Source of the DNA: Candidatus Scatosoma sp.
GTDB taxonomy: Bacteria; Bacillota; Clostridia; Christensenellales; Borkfalkiaceae
Reading direction: 5' to 3'
NCBI GenBank assembly: GCA_045635025.1
Contig: JAZRBK010000188.1
Coordinates: 1-39,716 of the forward strand
Length of the DNA stretch: 39,716 bases
How positions within the stretch are numbered: the first letter of the stretch is position 1; each line of letters starts with the position of its first letter. Below are positions 32,460 to 39,716 of this stretch, piece after piece. Under the pieces are notes generated by a model. The model did not search any database. It saw nothing but the letters and a program-made list of their open reading frames with translations, and had not been told where the DNA came from. The position numbers and the translations under genes were made by a program.

Positions 32460-32645
32460 TTATTCGTCGTCTTCCCTGCACGCTCCGCAGGTGCTTTTTT
32501 CAAAGTGTACAGCACCGTTTTTGTCTTGCTTATAGCCGCCCTCTTGATAGTACGCACACACCGCGAACGGGTGCGGCAGGTTGCAAACTTTCCCGTCACG
32601 ATACGGGCACGCAATCGGCACAAGTTTATGTTTGTTGTCGTTCAT
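32460..32645 (-). CDS. Small Cys-rich protein (61 aa)
   Basis: ORF track; AAGGGGGTG RBS; seven Cys residues. Confidence 0.7.
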   Translation of the reverse strand: MNDNKHKLVPIACPYRDGKVCNLPHPFAVCAYYQEGGYKQDKNGAVHFEKSTCGACREDDE

Positions 32646-32700
32646 TGTTTCACCCCCTTTTTACATATCGCGGTGGGGCTTTCCGCCCCTCGCCTCTTTT

Positions 32701-32731
32701 ATCTTACCGCCAACGCCCCCACCTTGTCCAA
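32701..32731 (-). promoter_or_regulatory. Possible promoter (TTGGAC ... TAAGAT, 19-nt spacer) followed by the conserved UTR hairpin at 32675..32689
   Basis: The spacing is suboptimal. The call rests on its position after the RtcB terminator and on the shared UTR hairpin. Confidence 0.35.
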
Positions 32732-32892
32732 TACATATTTTTTATACCCGCCATAAAAAATTTTTATGTCCCATATTCCACTTGTTGAATATGCGTTCAC
32801 CTCCTCGCGCGCCCCCGCGAGCGTATTTTTTTATGTTAAGGCACCCCATCTTTGAATTTTCAAAAATCAAAATTCCCCCATTTCCTTGCGAT

Positions 32893-32932
32893 ATAAAAAA
32901 AAGAGAGGGGGGGTCATTTTTTACCCCCCCCC
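32893..32932 (-). terminator. Rho-independent terminator after rtcB
   Basis: A G7/C7-9 stem (32907-32932) is followed by TCTCTTTTTTTT on the minus strand. Confidence 0.7.
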
Positions 32933-32958
32933 TATAAAAAATGGGTTTCTTCCCGCGC

Positions 32959-34161
32959 TTATTCAGCCGCTTTGAAGTTGTAGATAGGTTTCAGCATAGC
33001 CAAGATTTCGACGGTGTCTTTGACAAGTTCTACTATTTCCTCGCTCGGCTTGTAGGCAAACGGTGCTTCGTCGATAGTCGTTTCGTCCACGGTTGTCGAA
33101 TACACACCGCTCATAGTTTCTTTGAAGTCGGCAAGTTGAATTTCTTTTCTTGCCTGCGCCCTGCTCATAGAGCGACCTGCCCCGTGCGGCGCGCTGTTGT
33201 TCCATTCGGCGTTCCCTTTCCCAAAACCCAAAATATACCCGTCGCGCATATTAAGGGGGATAAGGACTTTTTCTCCTTCTTTTGCGCTTATTGCGCCCTT
33301 GCGAACGATACCGTCCTCGCCTATGTAGTTATGCAGGGTAGTAAAACCAACTTCCTCGATGATACCGAACGCAATAGATTGTCTTACTTCACAATACTTT
33401 GAGAGAATGGCGGCGGCTATCATTTTTCTATTATAGTCGGCAAATTTGCGGCAAATCTCAACATCGTGCAAATAGTCTTTCAGCAAGTCGCCCGTAAGGT
33501 AGGACAATTCTTTCGGGACGAGCGGCTTGCTTTTCTTATAGGCTTTTACGGCTTCCTCAATTTCAGTCGTTCTTCCCTCGCTCTTTAAGCGGTCAATAAC
33601 TTCCTGCACGCCGTCAAGTTTCATTTGTTTTTCCGCTTTCTTTTGGTAGATTTCGGCAACCTGCTTTCCGAGATTACGCGACCCCGTATGAATTACAAGG
33701 TATTTAGCGCCCCGCTCGTCAATGTCAAGTTCAATGAAGTGATTACCGCCGCCGAGCGTACCTGCGGAAGCGCAAAGCCATTCCCTGTTGCGGAGTTCGT
33801 CTTTGCATTTCAGCAAATCAATAAGTTGTCCCATACCCACGGACGGCTCTTTTTGCACATTTTTTCCCGACGGGACTTGCTCTTTTACAACCTTGTCAAA
33901 TCGTTCAAGGTCGATTTTGTCCTTTCCGAGCAAAACGCAAAGCATACCGCAATTCAAGTCAACGCCTACGATGTTGGGGCATAACTTGTCCCCAAGCGGC
34001 GCGGTAAAGCCGATTACGCACCCTGCTCCCGCGTGACAATCGGGCATAATGCGGATAGGTGCGTCGCCAAATATTTTCGTGTCGGCAAGCCGTTTTATTT
34101 GTTCAACGGCGGCTTCTTCCACATTGTCCGTAAAGATTTTCACATTGTCAAATTCTTTCAT
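32959..34161 (-). CDS. rtcB: RNA 3'-phosphate/5'-OH ligase RtcB
   Basis: 400 aa with the RtcB hallmark motifs MPDCHAGAGCVIG, GGGNHFIELD, HTGSRNLG, PLNMRDG and NSAPHGAGR. Confidence 0.9.
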   Translation of the reverse strand: MKEFDNVKIFTDNVEEAAVEQIKRLADTKIFGDAPIRIMPDCHAGAGCVIGFTAPLGDKLCPNIVGVDLNCGMLCVLLGKDKIDLERFDKVVKEQVPSGKNVQKEPSVGMGQLIDLLKCKDELRNREWLCASAGTLGGGNHFIELDIDERGAKYLVIHTGSRNLGKQVAEIYQKKAEKQMKLDGVQEVIDRLKSEGRTTEIEEAVKAYKKSKPLVPKELSYLTGDLLKDYLHDVEICRKFADYNRKMIAAAILSKYCEVRQSIAFGIIEEVGFTTLHNYIGEDGIVRKGAISAKEGEKVLIPLNMRDGYILGFGKGNAEWNNSAPHGAGRSMSRAQARKEIQLADFKETMSGVYSTTVDETTIDEAPFAYKPSEEIVELVKDTVEILAMLKPIYNFKAAE

Positions 34162-34164
34162 TTT

Positions 34165-34308
34165 TTATTGCTCCTTTGCGGCTTTGTAAAGTGCCGCACC
34201 AAATTGTATTGCCGTCAGCACGGTCGAAGTAATGGCAACCCAAAGGGGCATTAAGCCCCCCTGCCAAAGTCCCCACGCAAACAATGTAGCGATAAGTAAA
34301 AGTACCAT
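34165..34308 (-). CDS. Small membrane protein (47 aa)
   Basis: ORF trimmed to MVLLLIATLF, which has an AAAGGGGG RBS; two hydrophobic segments. Confidence 0.6.
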   Translation of the reverse strand: MVLLLIATLFAWGLWQGGLMPLWVAITSTVLTAIQFGAALYKAAKEQ

Positions 34309-34322
34309 AGTTTTACCCCCTT

Positions 34323-34580
34323 TCAGTTCGGCAAAGTGCCTTGATACAAAATGCAATTCATACTGCTTACGAGGAGCGTTGTGCCGTCCTTTAAGATAAG
34401 TTGCAACTGTTCCCCCTCATAGTCGTTCCACTTCTTCAACTCAACTGTTTTCCACTCGTCGCCTATCTTCACATAGGCGTGGTCGAATTTCAGTTTCAAG
34501 TCGATGATTTGTTTGTTGCAGGCGCAAAGCACCAACACAAGCAAAACGATGACAAGCATAATGATGATAAGTTTTTTCAT
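34323..34580 (-). CDS. Predicted lipoprotein (85 aa)
   Basis: Signal peptide MKKLIIIMLVIVLLVLVLCAC with a lipobox-like L-C-A-C. Confidence 0.65.
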   Translation of the reverse strand: MKKLIIIMLVIVLLVLVLCACNKQIIDLKLKFDHAYVKIGDEWKTVELKKWNDYEGEQLQLILKDGTTLLVSSMNCILYQGTLPN

Positions 34581-34598
34581 AGTTTTATTCCTCCTTTT

Positions 34599-34811
34599 TT
34601 ACCTTTTCTTTGTATTCCTCGTCATACCGAACCATTTTCTAACGCTTGCTTCGGGACTTTTAAGCATTTTATCTTTTGGCACGATATAAACATAAGTTAC
34701 CTCCCTTCCAAGCCGAGCAAATTCTATATATGCCTCATCGTTAGAATACTGTATCTTTATCCCTCTCGGCGCGCGCAGTTCCCCGCGCATTTTAACCTTT
34801 CTTCCGCTCAT
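34599..34811 (-). CDS. Hypothetical basic protein (70 aa)
   Basis: ORF track; GGGGGAGG RBS. Confidence 0.7.
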   Translation of the reverse strand: MSGRKVKMRGELRAPRGIKIQYSNDEAYIEFARLGREVTYVYIVPKDKMLKSPEASVRKWFGMTRNTKKR

Positions 34812-35139
34812 CTTGCCATTCCTCCCCCGTGAATGGATTTTTACTGCTTGCCTTCAAAAGCCTTATCATAAGCCGCGCCTGTTTTTTCAAATACGGCATA
34901 AGTCTTTTTAAGGCTTCATTTAGCGGCATTTCATAGGGCGCACAATAAACACATTCGTCTTCCCTTACATCTCCAATATAGGTCGATATTTCCCATTCTT
35001 TCCCAACGGGTTTCGTTGGTACAGTTATCAACGCAACAAGCATTTTGGGTTGGGCGGGATAAGGCGTTATTCTTATATGAGCCGACCATTTCCCAACCCA
35101 AACATACTGCTCCTTGATTTCGTATTTCCACTTTTCCAT
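34792..35139 (-). CDS. Hypothetical protein (115 aa)
   Basis: ORF track. Confidence 0.75.
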   Translation of the reverse strand: MEKWKYEIKEQYVWVGKWSAHIRITPYPAQPKMLVALITVPTKPVGKEWEISTYIGDVREDECVYCAPYEMPLNEALKRLMPYLKKQARLMIRLLKASSKNPFTGEEWQDERKKG

Positions 35140-35148
35140 ACGCGCCCC

Positions 35149-35559
35149 TTAAAACGGCAAATCGTCCTCGTCCACTTGAACGGGGGGCATACCCGCCATT
35201 TTCTCCTGCTTGTATTCCTCCGCTCTCGGCATAGTCGGCGTTGCGTTCTCGCCCTTGCTCATAGACAGGAAGCAAACATCGTTCGCGTTGATTTCGGTGA
35301 CGGTCTTTTTCGTGCCGTCATTTCCGTCAAATTCGCGCGTTGTCAACCTGCCCTGCACGATAACCCTGTCACCTTTCTTCAAGTGTTGGTAAACGGCGGC
35401 GGCGGTTTTGCCCCACGCGACCACGGGGAAGAAGTCGGTTTTTTCCCCAATTCCCCCAACCGCAACGCGGAAGTTCGCCTTTTCCGTCCCGCTTTGCAAC
35501 TTTGTGAGTTCGGGGTCTTTCGTCAAACGCCCACTCACCACAATGCTGTTCATATCCAT
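35149..35559 (-). CDS. ssb: Single-stranded DNA-binding protein
   Basis: The OB-fold opening NSIVVSGRLTKDPEL and the acidic C-terminal tip DEDDLPF are present. The start was set at the ATG with an AGGAGG RBS. Confidence 0.9.
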   Translation of the reverse strand: MDMNSIVVSGRLTKDPELTKLQSGTEKANFRVAVGGIGEKTDFFPVVAWGKTAAAVYQHLKKGDRVIVQGRLTTREFDGNDGTKKTVTEINANDVCFLSMSKGENATPTMPRAEEYKQEKMAGMPPVQVDEDDLPF

Positions 35560-35561
35560 AT

Positions 35562-35765
35562 TTACTTTACCTCCTTGCACTTTCTTGTTAAGGGGCGACC
35601 GTGATGTACGGTTGCCTTGTAATGGGCGTAATCCTCCGTGTCATACGCCGTATATCCGTCTTTTGTCTTGTAGGTTTCGATAGCCCCACGCGCTTGCAGG
35701 GCGTAAATCTCGTTTGATTTTGCGCGCCCCTGCGTCTTTCTTACTTCCCTCAATTCGATAATCAT
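35562..35765 (-). CDS. Hypothetical protein (67 aa)
   Basis: ORF track; ATGA overlap with the small upstream ORF. Confidence 0.7.
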   Translation of the reverse strand: MIIELREVRKTQGRAKSNEIYALQARGAIETYKTKDGYTAYDTEDYAHYKATVHHGRPLTRKCKEVK

Positions 35766-35902
35766 TTCTTATTTTCCTCCTCTTGTTCTTTCTTGTCCTT
35801 TATATCCCACCAAATGAGATATACCGCCAATATCAGTATGACAAGGCATATTGCCCCCATTCCACCGATAAAAACTATTGCTTTAATTGTTTGGTCGCTC
35901 AT
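35762..35902 (-). CDS. Small single-pass membrane protein (46 aa, MSDQTIKAIVFIGGMGAICLVILILAVYLIWW...)
   Basis: Hand-translated; GGAGG RBS; ATGA overlap with the downstream gene. Confidence 0.5.
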   Translation of the reverse strand: MSDQTIKAIVFIGGMGAICLVILILAVYLIWWDIKDKKEQEEENKK

Positions 35903-36227
35903 ACGCGCCGCTTACCTCCAACTGCTGTATCGTCCCCATTTCGCTTACGCGCGCCGAGATAATGAATTTTTTGTCGCCCGCCGTCAGCAAGTAAACCTTT
36001 AATGCGTCCGTGCTTCCTTTTATCGCCGTGGTAAATACCATTTGAATTTCCGCGCTCTCCGCGTCAATTTCCCCGATAAGCAGCACCGCCGCGCCCTTGA
36101 CCTCCTGCGTTGTGGTTTCGTCCTTTTTTAATTCGCCGCCCGCAATAAGGCAACAAAGAACAAACGCCCCGATGACCGCCACCATAACGGCGATAATCAC
36201 CACAATTTCAACTTTCCCTTTCTTCAT
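35883..36227 (-). CDS. Secreted or membrane-anchored protein (114 aa)
   Basis: ORF trimmed to MKKGKVEIVVIIAVMVAVIGAFVLCC, which has a GGAGG RBS. Confidence 0.7.
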   Translation of the reverse strand: MKKGKVEIVVIIAVMVAVIGAFVLCCLIAGGELKKDETTTQEVKGAAVLLIGEIDAESAEIQMVFTTAIKGSTDALKVYLLTAGDKKFIISARVSEMGTIQQLEVSGAYERPNN

Positions 36228-36825
36228 CGCCCTTGTCCTCCACATTGATAAAGTCTAAAAACTTCTCCTTTGCCTTTATTTTGCGCTGTATGGGCTTTCC
36301 GAGTATGTCCACGACCAATTTGCCGTCGAACATCTTAAACGCGTCCCTACGGGCATTTTTGTAGCCCTGCCGTAGTCCGTCGCGGTATCCTTTGGTCGGC
36401 GCGTTCGGTGCAATACCGATTTTGCCCTTATCTTGCCCCCCTGCGGTCTTGTTGTATAGTTGATAGCCGCGGGCGGCGTATTGCTTGATAAACTCCCTTT
36501 CCTTTTCGTCAAGCGAGGTTTCGGGGAAGTACCAAGCCGTCACCCTCCACCCCGTCGTGTTTTTCTCGCTCCAAAGTCCGCGCGCCTTTTCTTTCAGCGA
36601 AAGGTCGATATGTTGGTCGTGTCCCATAAGGTGTTGCGCGAGGCGCGTTAGCACTTTCTTTGCTTGCCCCACATAGGCGTATTTCAGCCCCGTTTCCTCC
36701 TCGTAGCGCGTAAAGGCGTAAATTCCGCTTTCCTCAAAAAGGGACGCTTCGGGAAACGCCTCGACCAACCGCTTTTTATTCGCCGCCAAGACAGCCATTC
36801 GTTGCTTCCAAGTCATCGGCTTCAT
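36208..36825 (-). CDS. GIY-YIG nuclease-domain protein (homing-endonuclease-like)
   Basis: SGIYAF...YAYVGQAKKVLTRLAQH...EKEREFIKQYAARGYQLYNKTAGG fits the GIY / YVG / R / H / E / N spacing. The start is at MKPMTW with an AAGGAGGG RBS. Confidence 0.7.
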   Translation of the reverse strand: MKPMTWKQRMAVLAANKKRLVEAFPEASLFEESGIYAFTRYEEETGLKYAYVGQAKKVLTRLAQHLMGHDQHIDLSLKEKARGLWSEKNTTGWRVTAWYFPETSLDEKEREFIKQYAARGYQLYNKTAGGQDKGKIGIAPNAPTKGYRDGLRQGYKNARRDAFKMFDGKLVVDILGKPIQRKIKAKEKFLDFINVEDKGDEERES

Positions 36826-37216
36826 TCTTGCCCTCCTTCTTCTTGTCAAAGTAGCAACTCACAAGATAATCGTTGTCCTTTTCGTTGAACTTGAATTGCC
36901 CGTTGGCGCGGATTTTCTTCTCCATTTTGCGCGCTTTCCTCAAAAGGCTAAACGCCGACGCATAGGTTACGCCGCACGCTTTAAGGCACTCCTGCTTGTC
37001 GTTGCACATATACAAAGCGGTGGAAGTGGAGATAATGCCCTCGTATTCCGAGCCGTAGTTGATTTCGTGTGTCACCAAACGCATTTCGCGTTCGGACAAG
37101 CCGTGTTCCTGCGCGTACACCGAGCGTTTGACAGCGTTCTCGCGCCCCAAGTGGTTGCTTTCAAGGTCGGCGTAAATCTCCGCGACCAATTCCTTTGTCA
37201 CCCTCTTATTCCTCAT
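36776..37216 (-). CDS. Hypothetical protein (146 aa)
   Basis: ORF track. Confidence 0.75.
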   Translation of the reverse strand: MRNKRVTKELVAEIYADLESNHLGRENAVKRSVYAQEHGLSEREMRLVTHEINYGSEYEGIISTSTALYMCNDKQECLKACGVTYASAFSLLRKARKMEKKIRANGQFKFNEKDNDYLVSCYFDKKKEGKNEADDLEATNGCLGGE

Positions 37217-37418
37217 TTTTCTTGTCCCCCTTGTACTTCTTCACGATGTAGTTGTCGTAAACTTTTTCCGCCTCAAAATAGTAGTAGCACCTGTGCTTTT
37301 CGCTTATGTCCGCCATAGGGCATTTCGCGCAGTCCAAGTCCCCGTTCGGAAAGTGCGGGCACTCATTCGGGCGGATAACCTTGACGATTTCGGTGATGTC
37401 CTTATTCCTCTCCTCCAT
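37206..37418 (-). CDS. Small Cys-rich protein (70 aa)
   Basis: ORF track; contains CPHF...C..CP...C. Confidence 0.7.
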   Translation of the reverse strand: MEERNKDITEIVKVIRPNECPHFPNGDLDCAKCPMADISEKHRCYYYFEAEKVYDNYIVKKYKGDKKNEE

Positions 37419-37422
37419 TTTC

Positions 37423-37893
37423 TTATTCCCCCTTTATAAAATCGTCAACCTTTGCTATGTTCGTTAAACTGTCCGTCAGCAAGCGGATAGACGAACCCAA
37501 TTTTACACTCCTTTCCAAGAGGTCATCGCCCGTCTTGTAGGCAATATCAAAAACCTCTTGTGCCGTAGCGGTTGCGCCTTTATCCCCCCTTTCTTTTAGT
37601 GCTTTTCGCATTTCCGAATACGCGCGAGTAATCTTTTTGGAATATCGCAAACGCTTATGTACGCATTTCCGAACTTCGTCTTCCAACCTTTGAATGTCGT
37701 CATCGTTCTTTATGCAAATCGCTTCATCGCGCGCTACCGTCCCGTATAGTAAACAGTAAATTTTGATGTCAAAAAGCGCATATCTTTCGCGCATAAGTTT
37801 TTCCCGCGTTTTGTATAGCGAAAAATAGTTCCTTTTAAGTGCAGGGTCTTTTATGTCTTCGCCAATGCTTTTGATAACATCAATCTTCGGCAT
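37423..37893 (-). CDS. Hypothetical helical protein (about 156 aa); start at 37893 or 37899
   Basis: The ORF was trimmed because AAGGGGG lies 9 nt before the ATG at 37893. Confidence 0.7.
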   Translation of the reverse strand: MPKIDVIKSIGEDIKDPALKRNYFSLYKTREKLMRERYALFDIKIYCLLYGTVARDEAICIKNDDDIQRLEDEVRKCVHKRLRYSKKITRAYSEMRKALKERGDKGATATAQEVFDIAYKTGDDLLERSVKLGSSIRLLTDSLTNIAKVDDFIKGE

Positions 37894-38836
37894 TTTCATC
37901 TTCCCCCTTGATTTTGATTTCAACGGCGGGCTTTACTTTCGTCACCTTTGAATATTCGCCGTAAACTTGCGGCAATTCTCGGCGCAATTTCGTACTGTCA
38001 ACTGTCACGCGGTCATAGCCCGCTCGGTAGGTCACGCGCACCTTTTCCGTTTCGTAGGAATAAATGCCCTGCCTTTCCATTTCAGCCATAAGAGCGGCGC
38101 GGCACTTTTCGGCGGTTTCCTTTGCCGTCTTTGCCGCCCTCTCGATTTCAACGAGCGCGGTTTCCGCCGCTTCCAAGCGCAAGCGCAAGTCGTTCTCCAC
38201 CACAAGCGCGGGGCGCATATACTTTTCCCCCTTGAACTCGGCGGTGAAAAGTTTTTCGATTTCCGTGTCGGGAATTTTCTCCAATTCCTTGACGGTCAAC
38301 TTCCCGCTTTTCGGGTCGAAGTGCGTGCAAAGAAATTTTTTTGCGCCTTTCCAAACAAACTTCCTATCGTTCACAATGCGCCCATTCATTTGCCGCGCCA
38401 TATAGTCGCCAATGCTCACCTGCCACGCCACATACTCCCTGTTTGCGCTCGCGGTGTTCTTGTGGTCGTCAATAACCCTTTCCCCGCTTTTCAGCACGCC
38501 GAGCAAGTCAATCGTCCCTGCAACAATCATTCCGCCCCAATCCAAAGTCACCATAACTTCGGCGCGCGCCTCTTTAAGGTTTTCGTCCGACCACTTTGCG
38601 AACTCCAAGCCCTGCGGCGTTTCGGGGATATATTCCTTGTCGCGAAAGTTGATATAATTCTCAATGTCCGCGTGGACGATTTTCCCGTTTGAGCGGCTTT
38701 CCTCCAACTTCTCCTCGCTTACAAAGGAAAGGTTGGGGGCAAGTCCGTGCTTTTTCAGCAACTCCGTAATAGAGATACTTGCGATGTCGCCATTTACAAA
38801 ATAGGAATGGGTCTTTGCGTCAAAGTCTATACGCAT
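37880..38836 (-). CDS. PD-(D/E)XK family exonuclease (recombination partner of the SSAP)
   Basis: The N-terminus reads THSYFVNG...SITELLKK. The sequence GKIVHADIE ... GTIDLLGV...VIDDHKNT fits the D...(D/E)xK nuclease motif arrangement. It is TAATG-coupled to the SSAP gene. Confidence 0.65.
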   Translation of the reverse strand: MRIDFDAKTHSYFVNGDIASISITELLKKHGLAPNLSFVSEEKLEESRSNGKIVHADIENYINFRDKEYIPETPQGLEFAKWSDENLKEARAEVMVTLDWGGMIVAGTIDLLGVLKSGERVIDDHKNTASANREYVAWQVSIGDYMARQMNGRIVNDRKFVWKGAKKFLCTHFDPKSGKLTVKELEKIPDTEIEKLFTAEFKGEKYMRPALVVENDLRLRLEAAETALVEIERAAKTAKETAEKCRAALMAEMERQGIYSYETEKVRVTYRAGYDRVTVDSTKLRRELPQVYGEYSKVTKVKPAVEIKIKGEDENAED

Positions 38837-39450
38837 TATTTTTGTCCCTCGCTGTCATTAGCCAACTGTTCAGCCTGCGCCGCTTTTTTTTGGTCGTAGG
38901 CTTTCTTTTGGTCGATGATGTATTGCGCTTGCTCCTGCGTTAAGTCCTCCAACTTATCAACGCCGAACTTGCGGAGCGTGTTTTCCACCTTTACGCCGAG
39001 CGCGGTAAATTCCTTAACCTGCGCCTCCGTGATTTTCGGTGCGGGAGCGTTAGCCTCCGCTTCGGGCAAGTCCTCCCCTGCGTAAACATACAAGCCAAGT
39101 CCGTGGCGAGCGCAAGCCTTTGTCAGCGACCTTTGAATTGCCTTGTTCACATCAAAGGAATTTACCTCCTCCAAAGGAATTGACCTGTTCTTGCTGTTCA
39201 TAACGGGCAAATACTCGATATGCTCCAAGCCCTCGATAGTAACGCCCGTCTTAACCCAACAAGTCTTGCCGTCCGTGTGATAGTTCCAACCCTGCGCGTT
39301 CTCGTAAATCGTGTAAAACGCAGTCGGATAGCGTTTCTTAACTTCCGCCCACGCCCACGCCCAAGAAAGATAGGTCAAACCGCCCTTGTCCTCCGTGTGT
39401 TCGTTCACATTGATATTGTTAAGCGTTTCAAATACCGAAACTTTTTCCAT
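38836..39450 (-). CDS. Rad52-superfamily single-strand annealing protein (DUF1071/Sak3-like), allele B
   Basis: 204 aa with GLTYLSWAWAWAEVKKRYP. It lies upstream of the exonuclease and close to ssb. Confidence 0.7.
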   Translation of the reverse strand: MEKVSVFETLNNINVNEHTEDKGGLTYLSWAWAWAEVKKRYPTAFYTIYENAQGWNYHTDGKTCWVKTGVTIEGLEHIEYLPVMNSKNRSIPLEEVNSFDVNKAIQRSLTKACARHGLGLYVYAGEDLPEAEANAPAPKITEAQVKEFTALGVKVENTLRKFGVDKLEDLTQEQAQYIIDQKKAYDQKKAAQAEQLANDSEGQK

Positions 39451-39493
39451 TAAAATACCCCCTTGTGGGGCTTTCCGCCCCCTTGATACCTCT

Positions 39494-39522
39494 ATTGTAT
39501 CATACTTTCACCGCATTGTCAA
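39494..39522 (-). promoter_or_regulatory. Promoter: TTGACA, 17-nt spacer, TACAAT (copy of the promoter at 1249..1277)
   Basis: On the minus strand, TTGACA is at 39522-39517 and TACAAT at 39499-39494. The UTR hairpin lies at 39467-39481. Confidence 0.7.
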
Positions 39523-39549
39523 CAATTTGCATAAAATTTTTTCAACTTT

Positions 39550-39585
39550 TTTTCTAAAAACAATAACCCCCTGTAAGGGGGTTAT
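39550..39585 (-). terminator. Rho-independent terminator (copy of 1305..1340)
   Basis: The stem ATAACCCCCT/AGGGGGTTAT spans 39563-39585. Confidence 0.6.
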
Positions 39586-39586
39586 G

Positions 39587-39716
39587 TCAGCGTCCTTTAT
39601 TCTTGTTAATCGTCACCACTCGCGCTATTCCGTGCGGGTGGATTTTTTCCTCGCGCGCCTCCTGCGGCAACAGCGTACAATACTGTGAGTAGGTTATCCG
39701 TTCGGTTGGTTGGTAC
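39587..39716 (-). CDS. 3' end of a homolog of gene 1342..1737; 5' end lies outside the window
   Basis: The hand-translated C-terminus ...EEKIHPHGIARVVTINKNKGR* compares with ...EEKIHPHGIARVVTINKNKVR* in the left copy. Confidence 0.75.
   Translation of the reverse strand, partial: YQPTERITYSQYCTLLPQEAREEKIHPHGIARVVTINKNKGR

Larger units (their letters stand above)
38854..39716. repeat. Right copy of the imperfect long direct repeat (matches 1..1471 minus the insertion)
   Basis: See the left-copy entry. Confidence 0.9.

Overview
The window holds about one full unit (~38.85 kb) of a tailed dsDNA phage or phage-like episome. Every credible gene is on the minus strand, so transcription runs right to left. 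Genes are tightly packed, often with ATGA or TAATG stop/start overlaps and GGGGG-type ribosome-binding sites, which suggests a Bacillota-type host (inference).

Gene order in the direction of transcription:
- Recombination and early module: Rad52-like annealing protein, PD-(D/E)XK exonuclease, GIY-YIG nuclease, SSB, a lipoprotein and an RtcB RNA ligase.
- A short operon of unknown genes.
- A 736-bp non-coding region.
- A RepL-like winged-helix gene, then TerS, TerL, portal, scaffold and major capsid.
- Tail and virion genes, including 1379-aa and 954-aa proteins and a Listeria-Bacteroides-repeat protein.
- Three membrane proteins.
- About 20 translationally coupled small genes.
- A promoter-driven tRNA-like element.

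I see no integrase, repressor, polymerase, helicase or recognisable endolysin.

Most notable observations:
1. An oriC-like array of seven perfect, helically phased DnaA boxes, with a TAA/TAG triplet run and an AT-rich tract, sits between two virion genes.
2. A non-canonical tRNA-like gene with its own promoter occurs in a genome that also encodes RtcB.
3. The first 1471 nt and last 863 nt are imperfect direct repeats. They carry two alleles of the same locus, and one allele has an inserted pentapeptide-repeat gene built on ten near-identical 15-bp repeats.
4. A strand-asymmetric, G-tract- and iteron-rich non-coding region lies upstream of the RepL-like gene and packaging operon.
5. Consensus promoters recur with shared UTR hairpins, and one promoter is followed by a leader terminator.

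Functional calls rest on motif recognition and synteny only. No searches were run.
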